Assembly (NCBI GenBank): GCA_050575255.1
Contig: JBNZDD010013721.1
Location: 4,765,196 to 4,829,195 of the forward strand
From: Harriotta raleighana
Taxonomy: Eukaryota
Direction of reading: 5' to 3'
Length of the DNA: 64,000 nucleotides
Under the pieces are notes generated by a model. The model did no database searches. It had not been told where the DNA came from and saw only the letters and a program-made list of their open reading frames with translations. Both the position numbers and the translations under genes were made by a program. Shown piece by piece: positions 40,901-48,417 of this stretch. The first letter of the stretch is position 1. Every line of letters begins with the position of its first letter.

Positions 40901-42348
40901 AACACCCTGGGACATTCTCCCGATGAGAAAGGCACTGTGTAAATGTAATTTATTATTGTTCGTACTCAATGAGCAGCTTGCCATAAAGCAGCTGTCACTG
41001 GCCTGTTAATTGTATTGCCTCCTCTATATGTTATTTCCCAGGGCAGGCAGCTAATAAACCATCAGTGGTGCCTCCACTGAAAGCGAGATGGGCGGTAGAT
41101 ATCAAATTGGTTTCAGAAACAGAATGTCAGTAACAGGCCAGACACTTACCTCCCATTGTGTTAGTTGTTGGTTCGGGGAATAAAGGCAGCAGGAACAGGA
41201 ACACGAGGTAGACCAGAGAAAACCCATTGTACCGCAGGCCAATAGCTGAAAACACAAACAAATGATAATATTCATGAAGACACGTGAATCAGCCTGCTTC
41301 ATGTCCTCCACCTCGCCCACCTCACCATTAGTGCATGGCCCTTCAGCCACTCTGCACCCACTCTCTGGAACTCTATCCCACAGTCCCTCCATCTAGATTC
41401 CTCCCTTGCCTCCTTCAAGACCCGTCTCAAGACCCTCCTTTTTGACCGTGCTTCCTCCTTTCCCTCTTACCCCTGATCCCGACCCCCAGCTTGGGTCTGA
41501 AACATTGATTGAGCACCTTGCGACATCCTTCCGAAGCAAAAGGCACTGTACAAAGGCACTGTATAATTTTTGTTGTTGTTATTTACTGCTAGGTGAGCAG
41601 ATGTATGTGGAGTAAGGAAACTTGCCCAACATTTTGCCTTGCATGGGAATCAAACCTAGGTCCTCTTATTTGCGAGGCAAGCTCACTAAGCTACAAGTCT
41701 TATCACATTGTTGAGATGTCTCAAAGCGCTTCACAGGATATACTGTAAATACTGTAATATTACATTTTATAATATACAAAATGCAGTCTTTCCACTTTAT
41801 AGAATATCATGTGAAACACTCTTGAAGGCGTAATAAGGCACTATATCAAGTGTAAGGATTATTAACACACAGCCCAACTGTGCACAATAAGGTCCTGTAA
41901 ACCATGGAGTGAGTGAATTCTATTTAGTGGATTCATTGGTCAGGATACCAGGAGAAACTCCTTTCTCTTTTTGAACAGTGTCTTGAATCCTCGCAAACAT
42001 CCACCTGAACAAGCAGACGGGCAGTCGGTTTAACGTTTCATCCGAAGGACTGCACCTTCAACAATGCAGCACAACCCCCAGTGCTGTTTTGGAATGTCAG
42101 CTACAATTGTGTGGCTGCTACGCTTTGCCCATAAAATCTAGTCAATTCACTTCATAGTATATTCTGTGAAGCGTTTTGAGACATCTCAACAGAAAGATAA
42201 GGCACTATATCAAATGCAATTATTATGATTATATTATTATTATTCTTTCTCACACACAGAGCGAAGCAAGAGGGGTTCTCTTACCTGGCAGGAGGTAAAG
42301 GGGAAGGAGAAGTCTGAAGATTAAGGCACAGGTGATGGTAGAAGTCAT
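304..42348 (-). CDS. PIEZO3: Piezo-type mechanosensitive ion channel, multi-exon gene (49 coding exons in window; 3' end with rest of cap, inner helix and CTD lies left of position 1); probably Piezo3 / Piezo2-like paralog
   Basis: Exons join in matching phases into about 2470 uninterrupted codons. N-term [35 protein letters not shown]; family signature [15 protein letters not shown] (PFxxExxxxxxW); [18 protein letters not shown]. Family call is secure; paralog number is inferred from divergence and PIGT linkage. Confidence 0.9.
541..910 (+). mobile_element. tRNA-derived SINE, same family
   Basis: TTGGTTAGAGCACTCGC...CCAGGTTCAATT head; AGGATTATTAT tail. Confidence 0.75.
948..1040 (-). CDS. 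Piezo exon 48 (cap)
   Basis: [24 protein letters not shown]. Confidence 0.92.
1284..1910 (+). mobile_element. L2 (CR1-clade) LINE 3' fragment
   Basis: RT C-terminal motif [13 protein letters not shown]...[37 protein letters not shown]; 3' tail GTGTAATTTTGTTGTTATTGTTG. Confidence 0.9.
2167..2355 (-). CDS. Piezo exon 47 (outer helix)
   Basis: [39 protein letters not shown]. Confidence 0.94.
2803..3100 (+). mobile_element. DeuSINE (SacSINE1-like)
   Basis: GGCTCAGTTGGTAACAC head; CTTCAGATGAGATGTGAAACCAAG Deu core. Confidence 0.72.
3166..3313 (-). CDS. Piezo exon 46 (anchor, PFEW motif)
   Basis: [49 protein letters not shown]. Confidence 0.95.
3700..3858 (-). CDS. Piezo exon 45
   Basis: [53 protein letters not shown]. 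Confidence 0.94.
4545..4759 (-). CDS. Piezo exon 44
   Basis: [42 protein letters not shown]. Confidence 0.94.
4871..4894. repeat. (TA)n microsatellite
   Basis: TATATATATATATATATATATATA. Confidence 0.9.
5235..5382 (-). CDS. Piezo exon 43
   Basis: [43 protein letters not shown]. Confidence 0.93.
6148..6280 (-). CDS. Piezo exon 42 (basic loop)
   Basis: [44 protein letters not shown]; phase 1-2. Confidence 0.78.
6853..7051 (-). CDS. Piezo exon 41
   Basis: [14 protein letters not shown]... Confidence 0.85.
7513..7701 (-). CDS. Piezo exon 40 (complete copy; truncated copy at 9665-9809)
   Basis: [16 protein letters not shown]...[17 protein letters not shown]. Confidence 0.92.
8178..8436 (-). 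CDS. Piezo exon 39 (copy B)
   Basis: Same sequence as 10286-10544. Confidence 0.75.
8859..9122 (-). CDS. Piezo exon 38 (copy B)
   Basis: Same sequence as 10967-11230. Confidence 0.7.
9399..9569 (-). CDS. Piezo exon 37 (copy B)
   Basis: Same sequence as 11507-11677 at offset 2108. Confidence 0.7.
10286..10544 (-). CDS. Piezo exon 39 (copy A)
   Basis: [14 protein letters not shown]...[24 protein letters not shown]. Confidence 0.85.
10967..11230 (-). CDS. Piezo exon 38 (copy A)
   Basis: ...LPTYGHV...[13 protein letters not shown]. Confidence 0.82.
11507..11677 (-). CDS. Piezo exon 37 (copy A of duplicated block)
   Basis: [22 protein letters not shown]...[12 protein letters not shown]. Confidence 0.82.
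12372..12559 (-). CDS. Piezo exon 36
   Basis: [17 protein letters not shown]...[13 protein letters not shown]. Confidence 0.85.
13121..13287 (-). CDS. Piezo exon 35
   Basis: [23 protein letters not shown]...[10 protein letters not shown]. Confidence 0.9.
13987..14061 (-). CDS. Piezo exon 34
   Basis: [24 protein letters not shown]; phase 1-1. Confidence 0.7.
14506..14623 (-). CDS. Piezo exon 33
   Basis: [20 protein letters not shown]. Confidence 0.85.
14837..14952 (-). CDS. Piezo exon 32
   Basis: [16 protein letters not shown]...KKSSAFQ. Confidence 0.92.
15110..15540 (+). mobile_element. DeuSINE (SacSINE1/AmnSINE-like)
   Basis: tRNA head GTTCAGTTGGTAGCAC...GGGTTCAAGTCCC; Deu core GGATGAGACATTAAACTATGGCCCTGTCTGCC...AAAGATTCCATGGCACTA. 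Confidence 0.78.
15630..15683 (-). CDS. Piezo exon 31
   Basis: [17 protein letters not shown] (conserved WWxPW motif). Confidence 0.88.
16384..16508 (-). CDS. Piezo exon 30 (beam; donor either GC after 16384 or GT after 16402)
   Basis: [12 protein letters not shown]...; both candidate donors give the required phase 1. Confidence 0.8.
16736..16825 (-). CDS. Piezo exon 29 (beam)
   Basis: [30 protein letters not shown]. Confidence 0.92.
16927..17095 (-). CDS. Piezo exon 28
   Basis: [32 protein letters not shown]. Confidence 0.92.
17904..18000 (-). CDS. Piezo exon 27
   Basis: [30 protein letters not shown]. Confidence 0.9.
19719..19962 (-). CDS. Piezo exon 26
   Basis: [38 protein letters not shown]. 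Confidence 0.93.
20484..20649 (-). CDS. Piezo exon 25
   Basis: [20 protein letters not shown]...PVPNFLHCR. Confidence 0.93.
20970..21068 (-). CDS. Piezo exon 24
   Basis: [29 protein letters not shown]. Confidence 0.92.
21845..22049 (-). CDS. Piezo exon 23
   Basis: [15 protein letters not shown]...[17 protein letters not shown]. Confidence 0.93.
22780..22980 (-). CDS. Piezo exon 22
   Basis: [19 protein letters not shown]...[13 protein letters not shown]. Confidence 0.93.
23618..23731 (-). CDS. Piezo exon 21
   Basis: ...[20 protein letters not shown]. Confidence 0.9.
24175..24351 (-). CDS. Piezo exon 20
   Basis: [18 protein letters not shown]...CKMMYQL...YSANCT. Confidence 0.93.
24440..24780 (+). 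mobile_element. L2 LINE 3' fragment
   Basis: CCTCCACTGGCTCCCCATCC...CTCAAGACCCTCTTC, similar to 1430-1750. Confidence 0.7.
24928..25097 (-). CDS. Piezo exon 19
   Basis: [10 protein letters not shown]...[13 protein letters not shown]. Confidence 0.92.
25640..25905 (+). repeat. GA-rich low-complexity tract
   Basis: Almost pure G/A runs. Confidence 0.8.
26197..26654 (-). mobile_element. Gypsy/Ty3 LTR retrotransposon remnant: short LTR (26452-26654), PBS, gag N-terminus
   Basis: LTR bounded by TGTT...AACA; then TGGCAATGAGGATA (TGGCGACGAG-type PBS); [39 protein letters not shown] typical of Gypsy gag. Confidence 0.8.
26728..27032 (+). mobile_element. tRNA-derived SINE, same family
   Basis: GGAGCCCTGTAGCTTAGTGGTTAGAGCAC head, GGTTTGACTCC, shared body and tail. 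Confidence 0.82.
27203..27318 (-). CDS. Piezo exon 18
   Basis: [15 protein letters not shown]...GPKIS; needed to bridge phase 2 to phase 1. Confidence 0.75.
27625..27955 (-). pseudogene. Dead inverted copy of Spire-like promoter + exon 1 inside Piezo intron 17
   Basis: 27638-27860 aligns gap-free (223 nt) with 51354-51576; W codon changed to TAA (27780-27782) and Q codon to TAG (27756-27758); donor and upstream TATA region copied too. Confidence 0.88.
28917..28958 (-). CDS. Piezo exon 17 (42-nt symmetric exon, possibly alternative)
   Basis: Good pyrimidine tract plus AG, GTAAG donor, phase 2-2, [13 protein letters not shown]. Confidence 0.55.
29294..29467 (-). CDS. Piezo exon 16
   Basis: [36 protein letters not shown]. 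Confidence 0.92.
30091..30239 (-). CDS. Piezo exon 15
   Basis: [33 protein letters not shown]. Confidence 0.92.
30760..30941 (-). CDS. Piezo exon 14
   Basis: ...[40 protein letters not shown]. Confidence 0.92.
31513..31618 (-). CDS. Piezo exon 13
   Basis: [20 protein letters not shown]. Confidence 0.88.
31963..32226 (-). CDS. Piezo exon 12
   Basis: [27 protein letters not shown]...PCLDLGAK. Confidence 0.92.
32460..32578 (-). CDS. Piezo exon 11
   Basis: ...[17 protein letters not shown]. Confidence 0.9.
33032..33197 (-). CDS. Piezo exon 10 (variable loop)
   Basis: [16 protein letters not shown]...THSM; AG/GT and phase fit. Confidence 0.68.
33870..33971 (-). CDS. Piezo exon 9 (variable loop)
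   Basis: [17 protein letters not shown]...; AG/GT and phase fit only. Confidence 0.72.
34323..34491 (-). CDS. Piezo exon 8
   Basis: [19 protein letters not shown]...[13 protein letters not shown]. Confidence 0.9.
34718..34931 (-). CDS. Piezo exon 7
   Basis: [25 protein letters not shown]...HLAAR. Confidence 0.92.
35186..35426 (-). CDS. Piezo exon 6 (acidic loop)
   Basis: [13 protein letters not shown]...[15 protein letters not shown]. Confidence 0.88.
35873..36023 (-). CDS. Piezo exon 5
   Basis: [24 protein letters not shown]. Confidence 0.9.
36454..36496 (-). CDS. Piezo exon 4 (43 nt)
   Basis: [15 protein letters not shown]; AG/GT, phase-consistent. Confidence 0.87.
36520..37200 (+). 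mobile_element. CR1 LINE 3' fragment
   Basis: Degenerate [13 protein letters not shown]...[10 protein letters not shown]...GLFSLE and CR1-type 3' UTR (GGGCTGAATGGACTCCTTCT). Confidence 0.85.
37330..37627 (-). mobile_element. tRNA-derived SINE, same family
   Basis: AGTGCTCTAACCACTGTGCTACAGGAATCC head in reverse. Confidence 0.75.
37738..37839 (-). CDS. Piezo exon 3
   Basis: [28 protein letters not shown]; AG/GT. Confidence 0.9.
38500..38835 (+). mobile_element. L2 LINE fragment
   Basis: [36 protein letters not shown]. Confidence 0.8.
39620..39883 (-). mobile_element. tRNA-derived SINE, same family
   Basis: TAATAATCCTTGCATTTGATAT...TAACCACTGAGCTAAAGGACTCC. Confidence 0.78.
40245..40552 (-). 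mobile_element. tRNA-derived SINE, same family
   Basis: Reverse complement of the head (CTAACCACTGAACTACAGGAGCTCC) and tail (AATAATAAGAACAATCCTTGCATTTGAT). Confidence 0.8.
41150..41245 (-). CDS. Piezo exon 2
   Basis: [32 protein letters not shown]; AG/GT flanks. Confidence 0.92.
42285..42348 (-). CDS. Piezo exon 1 (64 nt, start codon)
   Basis: ATG ACT TCT ACC...; [21 protein letters not shown]; donor GTAAG. Confidence 0.9.
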
Positions 42349-43374
42349 TCCTTCTCTCCGAGGCAAGAGAAACTATCCTCACAACAGATTCAAGACATCA
42401 GCTTTGCTTTGTGAAGCTCAGTTCACATGGGCATTTCCCCCACCCCCAATCAGTGGAGAGAGAGAGAGAGTACTTTGTATCTCTGGACAATCTCACTAAT
42501 TACAAATACTTTGCTGGGTTCCCCTCCTGCTTACAGCAGCCTCTGGGTTGCTTCTAGCAAACACACACTACTGTACACACTAGGATCCGCTCACTCTGCC
42601 CACAGGCTTTCCAGCAGAGCATTAAGGCAACTCCTGCAGTTACACTGACAATCTTGCCAAGATGCTCTTGGTGAGGGTGGAGCCGGGTTATTATAACCAA
42701 TATCCCTGATGGGACACACCCCACTTCACCCACCCTGTGATCAGCCCTACCCCCCTCTTCTCCTATGATCAGCTGGACACACGCAAGTGCAAAGCCTGCA
42801 AAATGACCCACTGACTGACTGCTGTCTATATTGTTAGATAAAAGCATTTACTCTGTCCTCCAATGAACATAAAGCTCTCTATAACCATATTTGGACAGAG
42901 TTCAACTTGGACTGAGCTCAAATCTGCTTGTCACAGAATAGGCCTATGATAGGAATAATAATAATAATCTTTGCATTTGATACAGCGTCTTAGCACGTCT
43001 TCAAGACGTCTCAAAGCGCTTCACAGAATATACTGTAAAGTGAATTAAGTAGGGTGAACCGGATCTGTATCACTATTGAGCTGTTAAATAGATTGTCCTT
43101 CCTGGACTTTCTAATGAAGCAATCAACCTTCAGAAATGCTCTGAGTTTTAGTGTTACCCCATGTTTTACAGGGTGTGTTACACTGTAATGTGCTGGGACT
43201 GGAGAAATGAACCCTTGATTGCAACCAGCAAACGCTCCAAAACTTACCCACCCACCAACCCATCCGCACCACTGATGATGTTAAAGGCGGAATTTACAGC
43301 TTCTATATAAAAAGAAGTGTCACTCTCAGTCACTGTGTACACAGTGATCTAAATACAGATCTCTCTCAGTCACT

Positions 43375-43700
43375 GTCAGAGATGCCATTCTTCAGATGAG
43401 ACGTTCAACGGACTAAGGTCTGGTCTGCCTGTTCAGCTGGATGTTAAAAATCTCGTGGCACTATTCGAAAAGAGAAGTGAGTTTCTCTCTCCCGGTGTCC
43501 TGGCCAAAAATCTCCCAAAGAAAAATTGTTCGCTCACTCCATGACTGTTTGTGTGTTGCACACTGTTGTGTGCAATTGATTGCTGCATGCTGCCCACAGT
43601 CAAATACACAGTCAATCTACTTTACAGAATATTTAGTGAAGCACTTTGAAATATTTCAACAATATAATAAGGCTCTATACCAAATGCAATTACCGTATTA
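43375..43700 (+). mobile_element. DeuSINE fragment
   Basis: CAGATGAGACGTTCAACGG...GTGGCACTATTCGAAAAGAG...CCCGGTGTCCTGGCCAA. Confidence 0.72.
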
Positions 43701-44036
43701 TTCACAGGTTTTTATGTTGAAGTGCATGTGTGTAAGCAGATGTGGTAATTATTTGCACACAACCATATTCTATAAACAGCAATAAATAAGTGACTAATAA
43801 GAGCTAGCTTTCTCAAAGTCCCCCGCCCCAGCTACCTCTTTATAGGTGATTGGGCTTTCAGCCGATCTGCTCCCACTCTCTGGAACCTCATCCGAGAGAT
43901 CCTTTGCCTCTGCCTTTTGCTCACCAGCTTCAAGATCTTCCTTTTTGACCTTCCTTCCTTCGGATATTTCTGTCCCTCACCACAGACCAGCAGTTTGGGA
44001 TGGCCTCAACTTTCTGTCTCCGAGGCAACAGAGCTA

Positions 44037-44935
44037 CCAACAGAGCCAGGCTGACGTCCCTTCCCTGTTCCCCAGGATTACACAACAGAATCTGAGTAAA
44101 GCCAGTGCCCCAGGCTGTGGCAGCCATGTGCAGTGAGCCACAAGCCAACAAGTCCATTTTATGGTATGAGTCACTCCAGGCCCAACCACTGGGACAAAAG
44201 AACGGACAGTTGGTTGGATGAACAGTGGGTGGAGCAGCAAACACACACACAGCACAGTAAATGTCTTTTATTCATCAACAGAGAGGAATTTCTAACAATG
44301 TGTGAATTAGCACATCATAGGATGCAATTTCAGCCCAAAAGTATCATAAAATCTAAAGCGTGTGAGCGGTTCACCCTTTGGCTCACTACCATCACGCTTC
44401 CATGCCCAGCCCATTTTGCATCTCATGTTATTGGTTCATTAACTGTATTATGATCCATTCCATCTTTGTGGGAAAGCAAGAATAATTTGCTTAAAGTGAA
44501 CATGAGTGCAGGTAAAGCCCTGGGGATGTGTTGTTTGACCATGCAATCACCGAATCCTACAAGAATATGAGTTTTACTTGTTGTAATGTGGCTGCTGTTT
44601 CACTATGCACATTAATGGGATATCAATCTATGTCAGATATGTGGTATCCTATTTCCTCCATGAATTAATACTTCTGTTCAAAACTTGTTTAAGCTGCATC
44701 ATTCTCCTGTTTGCCCCTGTTATTTTGGTTCTCGTCGACAATTTGCAATTTACATTGTCAGCCAGCCAGAGGCGCCCAGACAATCAGGTCCTATCCAGAG
44801 GACACATGCTAGACTTGTTGGCTTGTGGTTTATAGCACTTGACGCTGCCGCTTATGGTTTTACTCAGATTCTGTTGAGCAATCCTGCTTTGGGATGGGAG
44901 CTGAGAGAGCAGAGATGTCAGCCCAGATCAGTTGG
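44037..44935. mobile_element. Putative non-autonomous element with about 120-bp imperfect inverted arms
   Basis: 44037-44154 is the reverse complement of 44812-44935 (shared CAACAGAATCTGAGTAAA and CCACAAGCCAACAAGTC). Confidence 0.55.
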
Positions 44936-45519
44936 ATTGCTCTCCATGATTGAGATCTAAGACAAGATCCAAGCTGCACACCAGCAATGTCCCACAAATA
45001 GCCATGGAATGAGTAACCAATTTTATTTGGAGGATTATTGACCAGGATACTGGGAGAAAGAAACCCTCTTGTCTTGTTAAATAGCACCATGGGGGGTTTA
45101 ACATCCACCTGAACAGGCTCGCGGGACCTCAGTATGTCAGGACCTTGAGTCAACCTCTTGTCCATTGGACATCAATTTACTAATTGAACCTATAGCAGAC
45201 CAGAGTGTGAATCTGTTCAGAGCCTCGATCAAAATGTCAACATTTTAAAAAAAATTGTTATCAAAGATCATCAGAAGATAAGTCAGCTACAAAATATTGT
45301 TGTCTCAGCAGGAGAAATGGCACAAAGCTACTCTCTAAGTAGCAGCAAATCCGTGATGATTAAGAAATTGACAGCGAGGGATCGATCAACGAGTCTCCAA
45401 CACTGTCTAAGTACCTGAACGTTAGTTTTCTTTTGTCAATACCCTGGATTAGCACCAGCATTTGAGCAGGAAGACAAGAGGGCAGCTGAGTATCTGTTTA
45501 TAATCAGAGACGCAGGTGA

Positions 45520-46590
45520 AGGCCCACACAGCAGGAGTACAACAACAACAACAGAGAGGCTGAATGCCTAGATACTAATGATAGGGTAGGTTGAACAGGA
45601 GACATGGAGCAGGCTACAGCCCGCTGAATGGAGGGAGAGGGCAGATTGATAAGGGGTTCATAGGTCAGAGGGATGGGGAGCCAGTGGAGCCAGGTGGGGT
45701 TGATGGGGGTAATGGAGAATACTGCAGGAGAGGACACAACTTCAGAGTCTGGATGATCTGCAGTTTGTGAGAGGAAGAATTGTGGAGCAATGAGGGAGTT
45801 GTTTCTGTAGACGAGGTTTGAGGTGACAAATACATGTGTGAGGGTATTGGCCTAAGAGGTGAGAGGTAGAGTTGGGCAATGTTACGTAGGTATGGGAAGG
45901 CAGAGTGGGTCATGTCATAGATATTGGGAAAACGGACAGGATGCCCAGGTTCTGGCATGGTGAGGTGGAATGTGAATCCGATGCAGATGCTGCCAATACC
46001 TGAGGTGCTGAGGCGCTAGTGCGAGCCAATCAGGAGAGTCTCAATCTTGCTGACATTCAGTTGTAGAAAGTTTGCTCTCATCCCGGATGATGTCTGACAG
46101 ATATTCTGTCAGGACTTCGCTTGTCCTGGAATCGAGGGTGAAGGCAGAGAGATATAGTTGGGTATCATCTATGTAAGTGTAGAAGTTGAAGAGTAGAGAA
46201 CCAAGGACAGAGCCCCGAGGAACGCCGTAAGAGACAGTGTGGGGGATGGAAAATAAATCATTCTTGGAAACAAATTGGAGAATGTGTGAGAGATAAGACC
46301 TGAACTATTCAAGGACAAAACCCTGAAGGTTGAGATGAGAGGAGTGGTGGTGGAGGAGAAAGGAGTGGTCCACAGTATTGAAGCAGTATGAGGGATAGAG
46401 GGAGCCATAGTCATAGGTGGACAGGATGTCATTTGACACCTTGACCAGAGGCCAATACCCTGTGAGCAGCATAGAAACCTGATTGGAGGGGCTTGTGAAG
46501 GGAGTGGTAGGAGAGAAAGGAGCAAAGCTGGGAAGCAACAAATCTTTCAAGGGCCTTGGAAAGATGAGGATGGTTGGAGAAGGACTTGTA
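45520..46590 (-). mobile_element. L2 LINE RT fragment
   Basis: Minus-strand remnants of RT motifs (LVKVSNDIL, FNTVDHSFLL, ATAGATGATACCCAACTATATCTC giving a YxDDTQLY-like motif, WLHWLPIP). Confidence 0.8.
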
Positions 46591-46783
46591 GATACAATGC
46601 AACAGAAGAGAGATAAATCTGACAGTAATGCTTCATAAAATCACAAAAGCAATTTGTAAGAAGAAAACCCTACAGTTAATCTCATTCTTCTCAAATACAC
46701 CTACCAATTTCCCATCAAAGCATTGATTCATTTAAATGAATCCAGTGTCTTGGTCTCAAACACCCTTCCTTGCACACCTATTA

Positions 46784-47093
46784 TGGACTCCTGTAGCTCA
46801 GTGATCCGAGCACTCGCCTTACAAGTGGGAGACCTGGGTGCAATTCCTGGGTAAAACCTTGGGCAAGTTTCCTTATCCCACATGCCTAAAAATAATCCCT
46901 CAGACAAAAAAACTCAATAATTAATTGGTCATTTCAATCCATGACTGTTGGTGGGACAATGTTGTGCGGAATTGGCTGCCACTTTTCACCTATAAATATA
47001 CAGTCAATTCACTTTACAGTAAATTCTGTGAAGCATTTTGAGACGTGTAGAAGACGTGAAAAGCTCTATATCAAATGCAAGGATTATTATTAT
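46784..47093 (+). mobile_element. tRNA-derived SINE (near full length) with Deu-like core and (ATT)n tail
   Basis: A-box TAGCTCAGTGA, B-box-like GGTGCAATTCC, body CATGACTGTTGGTGGGACA, tail ATCAAATGCAAGGATTATTATT. Confidence 0.85.
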
Positions 47094-48217
47094 TACATTA
47101 GTTAATTACTCTCTGGCCTCTTGGTCAATCTAGTAGTGTGGTCTTGGCTGCCCTAACTCTGTAGACACCAACCATCAAGCTCAGAGTAACCCTGGAATAT
47201 CCCAACAATAATCGAGTTCTGTAGCAAAGTGATTACAGTGCTCAGATTCCCGGACAAGGCGAAACCTTAGGCAAGTTTCCTTAATCCCCACACCTCTATT
47301 TAATCGCGGTAATTAAGAATCTAGTTGTTAGTTGAATGGTGAATTGAATCGCTTTCTGAGAGTAATAAACCCTCCCTGAAAATCCCAATCCACAACTGTT
47401 TGTAGGACACTCTGGTGCACAATTGGCTGCTGCATCTCGCCAACAAAATACACAGTCACTCCCTTTTACAGAATCTTCCTTGAAGTGCTTTCAGCCATCT
47501 CAGCAATGTGATCAGTTGCTATATCAAATGCAAGGATTACTCTAAGCTTGATAGGTGCCATCAAGCTCAGAGTAACCCTGGAATATCCCAACAATAATCG
47601 AGTTCTGTAGCAAAGTGATTACAGTGCTCAGACCAGGTTTGATTCCTGGACAGGACGAAACCTTACTCTAAGCTTGATAGATGGCATCTACAGAGCCAGT
47701 GCTTGGAAGTTTGGAAGGAGTGAAGCAAAGTCGGTCACAGCTGAACCTTATAGCGACCGAGAGACAGAGAATACAGAGATGGTCAGCTTCACAGAAACAA
47801 AAATCATGTTTTGTATAGGTATTAATAATTTTCTTTGCATTTTATATAGCACCTTATCACGTCTTCTAGAGGTCTCAAAGCTCTTCACAATATATACTGT
47901 GTGTTTTGTAGGTAAAAGTTATTGTAAGACTAATTGATTTCAGCTGCACCAAGTGACTGACCTACTGTAAAGGGATATTGATTTTCGGCCTCTCTCACAG
48001 AGCAGCCATCACATTGAGCGCTGAGCTTGCAAACAGTCACCTCCGGAGCCGATATTGATCCTCTTATTGATAATGGACCTCTTCAGTGGGAAGGATTCTT
48101 CATACAGCTCCTCAGACATTGCAAGACATCTTTAGCCACTATGCCCCAAAATTCTGGAACTGACTCCTTCAATCACTCCACCTTACTTACCCCTTCCATC
48201 CCCACCTTCAAGCCCCA

Positions 48218-48417
48218 AAAGGCTGTGGATGCTCAGTCCTTGAACATTTTCAAGGCTGAGACTGATAGATTTTTTTTAAAATAGAGGGATTAGGGGATAT
48301 GGGGATAGGGCAGGTAATTAGAGTTAGGTCAGAATATCAGCCGTGATCTTATTGAATGGGTGGGGCAGGCTCAAGGGGCCAAATGGTCTACTCCTGCTCC
48401 TAATTCTTATGTTCTTA
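48218..48417 (+). mobile_element. CR1 LINE 3' end
   Basis: AAGGCTGTGGATGCTCAGTCCTTGAACATTTTCAAGGCTGAGACTGATAGATT...TCTTATGTTCTT tail. Confidence 0.75.

Noticed and set aside
46784-46860. tRNA-like A-box/B-box sequences here and near 545, 2805, 15115 and 26730
   Set aside because: They continue into a shared SINE body and tail and do not fold as complete cloverleaves, so they are SINE heads, not tRNA genes.
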